From: Patescibacteria group bacterium | Lineage (GTDB): Bacteria; Patescibacteriota; Patescibacteriia; 2-02-FULL-49-11 | Direction of reading: 5' to 3' | Length of the DNA: 64,000 nucleotides | Assembly (NCBI GenBank): GCA_041645165.1 | Contig: JBAZQN010000012.1 | Location: forward strand, 636-64,635 | Shown here: piece after piece, positions 57,135 through 64,000 of the stretch | Position numbering within the stretch: position 1 is the first letter of the stretch | Layout: the number at the start of each line of letters is the position of its first letter | Made by a program: the position numbers and the translations under genes | Notes under the pieces: generated by a model | Seen by the model: only the letters and a program-made list of their open reading frames with translations | What the model was told of the DNA's origin: nothing | Database searches by the model: none

Positions 57135-57509
57135 ATGCAGCAGCGAAATGGAAGACGGCGCAGGGATTATATTCCCTTAAGCGGTACGCTGATTGTCTGT
57201 TTTTTTTGTCATCTGGTGTTGGAGTGCCTGCTCAAGGCATTGGTGTGTCAAGCGACTAAAAAGGAGGCTCCCTATATTCACAATCTTGTACGCCTTGCAG
57301 AGTATGCACACCTTGAGCTGTCCGATATCCAAAAGGATACCCTCAAAGTTATCAGTACATTCAACCTCCGGGCGCGCTATGAGGAGTATAAGATGGCATT
57401 CCACAAAAGGGCAACGAGCGCATTCACGGAAGAATATTTTAATCACACGCGCATAATGAAAGTATGGTTATCACGCGAACTACAAAAAAGAGGGCACAGA
57501 GGTATGTAG
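57135..57509 (+). CDS. HEPN-domain protein (toxin-like partner of the downstream nucleotidyltransferase)
   Basis: HEPN helical pattern with Rx4-6H-like RARYEEYKMAFH; overlaps the MNT gene. Confidence 0.65.
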   Translation: MQQRNGRRRRDYIPLSGTLIVCFFCHLVLECLLKALVCQATKKEAPYIHNLVRLAEYAHLELSDIQKDTLKVISTFNLRARYEEYKMAFHKRATSAFTEEYFNHTRIMKVWLSRELQKRGHRGM

Positions 57510-57799
57510 CGGACTTCGTGCGGCACCTCAAGCAACAGGAGAAGCTACCTATACAGGGAGTGTATCTTTTTGGCTCTTACGCGAAGGGGACTCCGCATAA
57601 GTGGAGCGATATTGACGTGGCGGTCGTTTCCCGGAAGTTTACCGGTAAGGTAGATCCTTATGAATATCTGTGGCTGCATTTGCGGGATGAAGATGTGAGG
57701 CGCGGCATTGAGCCGATAGGTTTCCATCCGCGGGATTTTGTGTGGGAGAATCCCCTCGCGGCAGAGGTGAAGCAGCACGGAATTAAGATCAAAGTGTAG
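57464..57799 (+). CDS. Minimal nucleotidyltransferase (MNT) domain protein
   Basis: GVYLFGSYAKGTPHKWSDIDVAVV nucleotidyltransferase signature (GS...DxD). Confidence 0.75.
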   Translation: MVITRTTKKRAQRYVADFVRHLKQQEKLPIQGVYLFGSYAKGTPHKWSDIDVAVVSRKFTGKVDPYEYLWLHLRDEDVRRGIEPIGFHPRDFVWENPLAAEVKQHGIKIKV

Positions 57800-57924
57800 C
57801 CAGGATGCGTCTTTACCCCTAGAAAAAACAAGGAACCCTCGAGATCTTGCGCGCATTTGCATCGGTGCGGCGGGAATCAAAATCATGTTGCTTTTTTGTC
57901 CGCTATGCGCTATAGTCGTTTTAT

Positions 57925-58128
57925 ATGCCGGTACAATATAAAGAGACAATTCGAACTGCAGGCGCTCGCATTATTAATCTTCCCGATTTAAAGCGTCTGC
58001 GCTATTCTCTGCCGGAGAGCTGGGATAACGCCGCGGGTATGTTGCGCCATAAGCGGGCGGCGCTTGAGCGTCATCTTAAGCGCGTGCGTTCGGAGTGGAA
58101 CCGCGCCGGGAGGAGTTATGACGATTGA
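57925..58128 (+). CDS. Putative VapB-type antitoxin (67 aa)
   Basis: Small ORF overlapping the downstream PIN gene by 11 nt. Confidence 0.5.
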   Translation: MPVQYKETIRTAGARIINLPDLKRLRYSLPESWDNAAGMLRHKRAALERHLKRVRSEWNRAGRSYDD

Positions 58129-58489
58129 CGCGAACATTCTCATCGCGTACCTTGCGGGCGACGGAGCGGTAATTCAAGCGTTGACGCGATGGCGGCGCGA
58201 TGGCATGCCGCTCTTCCTTTCTACCGTCGCGGAGGCGGAGGTGTTGTCATTTTCAGAGTGGACCTTGCAGGAGCGTCATGATACGGAGAAGTGGATTGAG
58301 GAAAATTTCACCTCTCTATCTTTCGATCGTCAGGTGGCGCGAGTTGCCGCTGATCTTCGTCGTAACTACAAGATTAAGTTTCCCGATGCCGCGATTGCGG
58401 CTACCGCCTGGTATACGAACTCGCCGCTTGTTACAAGGAATCAAAGAGATTTCAAACACATTGATGGTTTACAGATTATAGCTCTGTAA
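58118..58489 (+). CDS. vapC: VapC-type PIN-domain toxin
   Basis: MTIDANILIAYL... with PIN acidic residues; FPDAAIAATA; RNQRDF C-terminal; track ORF 58064 has an upstream extension. Confidence 0.8.
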   Translation: MTIDANILIAYLAGDGAVIQALTRWRRDGMPLFLSTVAEAEVLSFSEWTLQERHDTEKWIEENFTSLSFDRQVARVAADLRRNYKIKFPDAAIAATAWYTNSPLVTRNQRDFKHIDGLQIIAL

Positions 58490-58653
58490 GCGGGCGGGTA
58501 CAGAAGAGAGAGTATCCCGCATCCGCGTAGATCCGCGTATCCGCTAGCTGGTGGAATCTGCGTAGATCAGCGTCACAGAAAAAGCAGAAGCCTTTACCCC
58601 GTGTTCATCACGGGGCCTCAAGTCTCTGAAAATAATAATCATTATAAATGCAA

Positions 58654-58693
58654 GAGCCCTCAGAGACAGTATTATGTCCTGAGGGCTTTTTAA
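58654..58693 (+). terminator. Rho-independent terminator
   Basis: agccctcag-agacagtattatgtc-ctgagggct followed by TTTTTAAA. Confidence 0.55.
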
Positions 58694-58758
58694 ATCGGTG
58701 GGGTTTTGTCGCAAAAATCACGGGGGCGGGGGACCGCGGGTCGCAATCAGCGAGAGCG

Positions 58759-59379
58759 CTATTGCATCAGTGCTTCAAGCCGTTGCTTCCGCGCCTGGGC
58801 GCGCTGGCGGAGCTCGTCGGCGTTGACGAGGACGGCCCGTAAGGCTGCCTCGCGTTTACCACGGTTTCGCTCCAGGGTTGCGCGGACTGCATCCTGCTGG
58901 ACCGACAAAGTCGAGTCCAGAAGGTCGATGGTGCCGACCATATGCTCGGTCAGCTCGCCAACCGCCAACTCCACGTTATTGATGCGTGTGGAGTCGTCGG
59001 CCAGCCGCGTTGAGTCAGCGGTGAGTCGCTTGGTGATGGTGGTCAGGTCGGCGGCGGCTGGGATGGTCGCCTTTATACTATCCATTTGAGCAATGATCGA
59101 TTGGATAGCTGTCGGCTTTCCATCGCGCCTGTTGATTCCAGGCACCCACATAAATCGGCCGTCGAGAGCGGTTAGACCATTCACCACTCTCATCCAGAAC
59201 TCCCGGAAGACCCGCTCGGTAATGGGGGCATTTGGATCCGGGGGGACCCGTCCGCCAGTGGTGTCCGTGAAAAAAGCGGTCAGAAACGTGCTGTCGGCTG
59301 CGGACAAGGGGGGAAGCTGTGCTTGGGCGGCGGCGGTCAGGATTACGACCGCCAAAATTGTTAATGTGATCGATTTCAT
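58759..59379 (-). CDS. Secreted hypothetical protein (signal peptide, coiled-coil C-terminus)
   Basis: MKSITLTILAVVILTAAAQAQ signal; 206 aa. Confidence 0.55.
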   Translation of the reverse strand: MKSITLTILAVVILTAAAQAQLPPLSAADSTFLTAFFTDTTGGRVPPDPNAPITERVFREFWMRVVNGLTALDGRFMWVPGINRRDGKPTAIQSIIAQMDSIKATIPAAADLTTITKRLTADSTRLADDSTRINNVELAVGELTEHMVGTIDLLDSTLSVQQDAVRATLERNRGKREAALRAVLVNADELRQRAQARKQRLEALMQ

Positions 59380-59451
59380 CAGAAATTCTCCTTCTATTTT
59401 TTTGCCCGTCTATGTTAGCCCGGGCGTGGTTGTTTGTGGTAACTGCGCCAA

Positions 59452-59973
59452 TTACATGATCTTGCTGAAGTCGGTTTTGGATTTGGCAGCTTTCGAAGCT
59501 TCAGCAGGTTTGCCGGGCTCGGCTTTTTTTGCCCCTGTTGCTTTCGCAACCTTGGGGGCGTAGAGGGCGTTGACCGAGTCAACGTAGGTCTGCACAGTGG
59601 GCGGCTGGGGGACCACTAGGACGTTTTCGTCCCAGCTGTAGAGGTCCACCTCCGGCAGTTTGGCGCTATCCGGTACCCATGTGGCGTATTGGGGGACCAA
59701 CCCTGCCGCCACGATCGTAGAATAGAGCCCGCCCTCTACTCTCTCTATTCGCGTCGCAAATTCTTTTTTTTGCGTTTCGAGCCCAGATTTGAGCTCTCCA
59801 CGCAAGGTTTCGGTATTGGCCTGGACCATAGCCAATGCCGAGGCGTCAGCGGCGGTGCGGACGGCAGACAGGTCCGAGTGGGAGGGACTGCAGGGTCCCC
59901 AGAATCCCACTGCGACGGCGGCAATTGCCACCGCTAAGGTCCCGATTGAGAACCAGTTGATTTTTGTTTCCAT
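59452..59973 (-). CDS. Membrane-anchored hypothetical protein (173 aa)
   Basis: N-terminal anchor FSIGTLAVAIAAVAVGFWG; Lys/Ala-rich tail; upstream in the same operon. Confidence 0.5.
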   Translation of the reverse strand: METKINWFSIGTLAVAIAAVAVGFWGPCSPSHSDLSAVRTAADASALAMVQANTETLRGELKSGLETQKKEFATRIERVEGGLYSTIVAAGLVPQYATWVPDSAKLPEVDLYSWDENVLVVPQPPTVQTYVDSVNALYAPKVAKATGAKKAEPGKPAEASKAAKSKTDFSKIM

Positions 59974-60320
59974 TTGTAAATCCTCCTAAAGAGAGTTTTT
60001 TGCCGAGAGTAAGGTCTCGGCGCCTATTCTGAATAGTTGTCTACAACGAGCGGAGAAAGCGAGATGATGAGAAGCTGGAAGTTGGAAGCTGGAATTTAGC
60101 AAATGAAATATTCTAGCTTCTAGATTCTATCTTCTAACTTCTTCCGATCTTGTCCTCTCTGCTCGCTGCGACAATGACGCGGATGTACGCGGAACGTCAC
60201 GCTTGGCTAGATCGCGGATATACGCGGATGTGTATCTGCGTTGATCCGCGTTTTGATCTGCGTTAATCCGCGATTAGTTGGTTGGCGGTCTGTGGGGCTT
60301 TTTGACGGTGGAATATCGCT

Positions 60321-60641
60321 ATGGTACGATATATACATATTATTTATATGTTCCCTATGGCAGATTACGATGAAAAGCCAATAACATATAAGACACTCGA
60401 GGGCTACATGGACAAAGTGGCTTATCCACGCGTGAGGGGGATTATCCGTGAAGAGGTAGGACGGGATACGGATAAGATTCTCACCAGCAATGACCGATTG
60501 GCTAAAAAGCTCGACCGGATTCTCACGGAACAGCAGGCTATTACCGTGAACTACAAACGGGTGGACCAGCGCGTCGAGTACCTAGAATTGTTTTCAGCGC
60601 AGGTCGCGCAGAAGCTCGGGCTTGCGTTTGAGCGGATGTAA
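60321..60641 (+). CDS. Hypothetical protein (about 95-106 aa)
   Basis: Preceded by a dense ATCCGCG/ATCTGCG tandem motif cluster 60170-60295; likely start MADYDEKP. Confidence 0.45.
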   Translation: MVRYIHIIYMFPMADYDEKPITYKTLEGYMDKVAYPRVRGIIREEVGRDTDKILTSNDRLAKKLDRILTEQQAITVNYKRVDQRVEYLELFSAQVAQKLGLAFERM

Positions 60642-61219
60642 TGATTGTCGGAGACCAGCTCCGACGCTACCAATCAATTCCCACAGATCGCCAACCAAGG
60701 TGATCTGTTTATTTTTGAATTTTCAACGAACGTTCCGCTTGGTAACTCCTCCTTGCTTCCTCCTCTTAAGGTAAGAGGAGGTGAGGTGGAGTTATGTGGA
60801 TCGTGATCTCTGATCCGGAGAGAATGAGGGGAGAGACTTCCCGCGAAGCGGGAAACCCGCATCCCATCCGGATCAGAGAGAACGAAGTCCTTTATCTTAA
60901 CAAAAATACCCTCTTTGTCGAGAGGGCCGGCGGTAACAGTTAAACAGTTTAGCAGCCTGACAATTTGTCAGTGTAGCAGTTTAACAGTTCGTGCTGATTC
61001 CGGTCTCTCTCGGAATTGTTTTGGCCAAGTCTCTCGATTGGCGCTTGTATCGCGGACTGACGCGGAACGTCACGCTTGGGCTTCTCGCGGAATTACGCGG
61101 AAAAGTGTCTGCGTGGGTCTGCGTTTAGTCAGCGAATGTCTGCGATTTTTCAAAGTTAACAGGCCATTATAGCGCAGCCGCAGGATTTGTCAAGGGCCTA
61201 AGGGGCATGGTAGGATAAT

Positions 61220-61507
61220 ATGCAGATAACCCTTGATTTTATGGCTATAAAACAAGAACCTATAAATTATCATGTGATTTTTCGCCCTGAATCAGAGGGC
61301 GGATATACGGTTATGGTGCCGGCATTGCCCGGATGCGTCACCTATGGGAAAGACTTGGCGGAAGCGAGAGAAATGGCCCATGATGCCATCAGCGCGTATC
61401 TCGTGAGCCTGCGGAAACACGGTGAAGTAATCCCTACTGATGAGCAGTCATTTATTAGCAATGTGAGGATTCTCAAACCCAGAGTTCGGCAGAAAACCTA
61501 TGCCTAA
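61220..61507 (+). CDS. hicB: HicB-family antitoxin (UPF0150, RNase H-like fold)
   Basis: YHVIFRPESEGGYTVMVPALPGCVTYGKDLAEAREMAHDAISAYL matches the HicB core. Confidence 0.8.
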   Translation: MQITLDFMAIKQEPINYHVIFRPESEGGYTVMVPALPGCVTYGKDLAEAREMAHDAISAYLVSLRKHGEVIPTDEQSFISNVRILKPRVRQKTYA

Positions 61508-61718
61508 ATTTGCCCAAGTAAGACCTCGGGAATTGGTAAGCGCTTTTGAGAAATTGGGCTTTTATGTGGATCATCAGACCGGGTCGCACGCGGTGCTGTA
61601 TAGGGATTCCGACCAGAAAAGAGCGGTCATTCCCCTTCATACGAGAGTAATTCCGCGCGGCACTTTCACGGCAATTCTCCGCGAAGCAGGGGTAAGGAGA
61701 GAAGATATCGTATTATAG
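61500..61718 (+). CDS. hicA: HicA-family mRNA interferase toxin
   Basis: 72 aa, KLGFYVDHQTGSHAVLYR... pattern of HicA/YcfA; 8-bp overlap with hicB. Confidence 0.75.
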   Translation: MPKFAQVRPRELVSAFEKLGFYVDHQTGSHAVLYRDSDQKRAVIPLHTRVIPRGTFTAILREAGVRREDIVL

Positions 61719-62583
61719 GGTATTTGAATAGCACGTCGCAGGCCCGTATGAGGGCTTTTTTATTTTAAGCTCTTGACAACTTCATAATTGATATGTTAGG
61801 GTGCACCTTCCCTTCAATATTAAGATTCACGTATAAATAGTCTGTATAGGTCTGCGATATGCGTGAAATGTAAATTTTGTAGGGGCGTGGAGCACCAACA
61901 GACGAATTGCAGCTTAAAGAACCGGAAGGGCTTGAAAAAGCCCAGAGAGGAAGCACAAGGAGGCATAAGGTATCGCTCCACCACGATTTTGGCAGGAGCG
62001 TTTTTTGTTGTAACTGACTTGGAATTTTCGATGTTTATCCACCCTATCATTTCTATCCGTCTTATTAGTTTTATCCAACTTATCAAAACATAACCATTTA
62101 ACCATGTAGCCATTTAATAACAGTCCGATTCCCGCCGTCTTTCCGGACGGCAATAGGTGACCCGAAGACAATCGCGATCTGCTCCACAGTTGCGGTTTGC
62201 TCGCCGGCAGTATCACCTATTGCTATCTGGGATGACAAAGAGTGTACATTGAAAATTTAAATACCAATACATGCCTCGACTGGCGCGCCTTGGGCAGAAT
62301 CCTCAAAAAGTTCCTCTCCCTAGTAAGGGAGAGGTGTAGGTGAGGGTGTACAACAATTTAACAGTTTAACAGTGTAGCAATTTAACCATGTAGCATTGCA
62401 TCAATGTAGCAGTTTAACAATTCACCAAGGGTTTCCTCCCAGCGTGCGTCAGTCATGAGGCAATTAAAAAACCAAAAATAGCCGGTTGGACTTGCCCCGT
62501 AGTGAAACGAAGTTTCTACTACTGGGGTGTGCAATTCCGGCAGAACTTCCTCCTTCAAAACCAATAGAGGGAAGAAAAACATC

Positions 62584-63726
62584 ATGGAGGTACGCATAAT
62601 GCGAACACTCACATGCGCCACGTTGGCGCTCGTAATCATTGCGTCATTGGCCGCCCCCGCCATGGCGCAACAATCGGCGTGGAAACACGTCGGGGGTGCT
62701 CCCTATACTGGGAAGGATTCGGTGGCAATTTGGTCCGCCCCGAACACCTCTTCCTCAGTGAAGGCCCATCTCTGGGACCAGTGGGCTGCAGGGAGCAAAA
62801 AAAAGATCTCGGTCCCACGGGGTTCTATCCTCGCCGCCGTCAATAATCGAGGCGGCTGGACCCTTCGCAACGTTCGTTGCGAGTGGGAAACCCCGGAACG
62901 TTTTCCTTCTTTGCCGGCCTATGAGGTCAGCTGGCAGGAAGGTGCCGTTCTTTACAAGGTCGGCAAATTTTCCCGCGACCTCAACCGCTTAAATTGCGGG
63001 AACTGGTACGTCATCGTGTCATACCAGCGCCCGCAGCCATCTGCGCAACGCCCTACTCAACCCGTCACAGCCTTACCAACCTACGTCATAAATAATTATG
63101 GTGGGATTGTGGTAACAGGAAATAACAACACCGTGACGGTGTCTGGAAGTCAGCCTTCCTTACTAAACGAGCAACACACCCGCACCACCCAACGCGGGAC
63201 CACAGTCGGTGATGGTAAAAAGAACTGGGGAATTGCCCCCACCCTGACCTACAATCGGATGGGATTTTCCGATGGACGATCGTCCGATTATGTAGGTATC
63301 GGTGGTACTATCTACTACCGCCATCTCTTTGCTTTTGCTAATGGCGGTATTGGTGGGCGGAACACCGGGTATCCCACAACCCAAAACGAGGGCTGGCAAG
63401 CAGGTCTCGGCGTTGAAATCCAACAGCTTTTCGGGCTGGAAGATGATACCGAATCTCGGTTTCCCATCCGTTTTGGTCCCGTTCTCGGATTTACCCATTT
63501 TGGTGAGGCCCTGAAAGAGTCAAGCCAACAGTTGGGTTTTACTCGTGGGCAATATGCGCTTGATTTTGATGCCTTTGCAATGGGGTTACAGGTAGATTTA
63601 TTTAACATAATAACCTTAACTGCAAACTATTGTATTGGTGAACGCGATTTGCCGTTTCAAAATGACTTAAACACTGTTTCCGGCCTACAAGTTACTGTAG
63701 GTTTGAAACACACTTTTCACTTTTAA
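62584..63726 (+). CDS. Secreted protein with C-terminal beta-barrel-like domain ending in an OMP-type aromatic beta-signal (…LQVTVGLKHTFHF)
   Basis: GAGGGAAG RBS, signal MRTLTCATLALVIIASLAAPAMAQQ; C-terminal 180 aa show alternating hydrophobic beta-strand periodicity and a terminal Phe. Confidence 0.6.
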   Translation: MEVRIMRTLTCATLALVIIASLAAPAMAQQSAWKHVGGAPYTGKDSVAIWSAPNTSSSVKAHLWDQWAAGSKKKISVPRGSILAAVNNRGGWTLRNVRCEWETPERFPSLPAYEVSWQEGAVLYKVGKFSRDLNRLNCGNWYVIVSYQRPQPSAQRPTQPVTALPTYVINNYGGIVVTGNNNTVTVSGSQPSLLNEQHTRTTQRGTTVGDGKKNWGIAPTLTYNRMGFSDGRSSDYVGIGGTIYYRHLFAFANGGIGGRNTGYPTTQNEGWQAGLGVEIQQLFGLEDDTESRFPIRFGPVLGFTHFGEALKESSQQLGFTRGQYALDFDAFAMGLQVDLFNIITLTANYCIGERDLPFQNDLNTVSGLQVTVGLKHTFHF

Positions 63727-63742
63727 AAAAGTAGGTGACTAA

Positions 63743-64000
63743 ATGAAAACAAAAATCATTGCAGTCCTCGTACTGCTCGTAATTGCGGCGTTGCTGGGCT
63801 CTTGCACCCGCAACGCCCCGGACTTAATTATGAGTCCAAAAATCCAGACTGTTGATAACATTAATCAGCACCTTAAGTTGGAAGTCTGGGCTCATACCGG
63901 TTCCGGTGTCGTGCAAGATGCTACTGTTTCATTAAATGAGCGGCTAATCGGAAGTAAGCTGCCCGTGAAATTTGATACAACCTCGAGTCCAGGTAAATAT
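63743..64000 (+). CDS. Lipoprotein, 3'-truncated at window end
   Basis: AGGTGA RBS; MKTKIIAVLVLLVIAALLGSC lipobox. Confidence 0.7.
   Translation, partial: MKTKIIAVLVLLVIAALLGSCTRNAPDLIMSPKIQTVDNINQHLKLEVWAHTGSGVVQDATVSLNERLIGSKLPVKFDTTSSPGKY

Overview
The window is about 52% GC with a consistent gene style (tight operons, TTG/GTG starts, many short dispersed intergenic repeats). It is most consistent with a small-genome bacterium of the Candidate Phyla Radiation (Parcubacteria-like) type; that lineage call is an inference from gene content, not a database hit.

Core genes are present: rpoB (5' truncated at the window edge) and rpoC, ftsK, recA, efp, rpsF-ssb-rpsR, ychF, nudix-xseA-xseB, era, a RumA-type rRNA methyltransferase, a pentose-phosphate/redox cluster (dsbA-like, rpiB, rpe, pfkB kinase, LOG-like, trxB, tlpA, lgt) and tRNA-Asp(GTC).

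Accessory content:
- a type IV pilus ATPase plus a pilin;
- a 1012-aa secreted LamG-lipase, followed by a 30%-GC island of tandemly duplicated small membrane proteins;
- two secreted surface proteins whose start codons sit inside MITE-like elements;
- a free-standing LAGLIDADG homing endonuclease abutting the tRNA;
- an in-frame palindromic insertion inside lgt;
- a 9-kb plus-strand cluster of hypothetical proteins (47.7-56.9 kb) built around a duplicated module of a roughly 108-aa helical protein and a large protein with a shared Gly/His-rich N-terminal domain;
- a toxin-antitoxin island (HEPN/MNT, VapBC, HicAB) and a solitary PIN gene;
- a putative outer-membrane-type beta-barrel next to a lipoprotein.

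Several families of dispersed repeats are present, including structured leader-like elements, GTCCCGC/GCGGGATCCCGC palindromic modules, ATCTGCG tandem motifs and TTAACAG 8-mer arrays. Two candidate structured ncRNAs are flagged.

No rRNA, CRISPR array, integrase or phage structural genes were seen. Coordinates of elements not in the ORF track were counted by hand and may be off by 1-2 nt.
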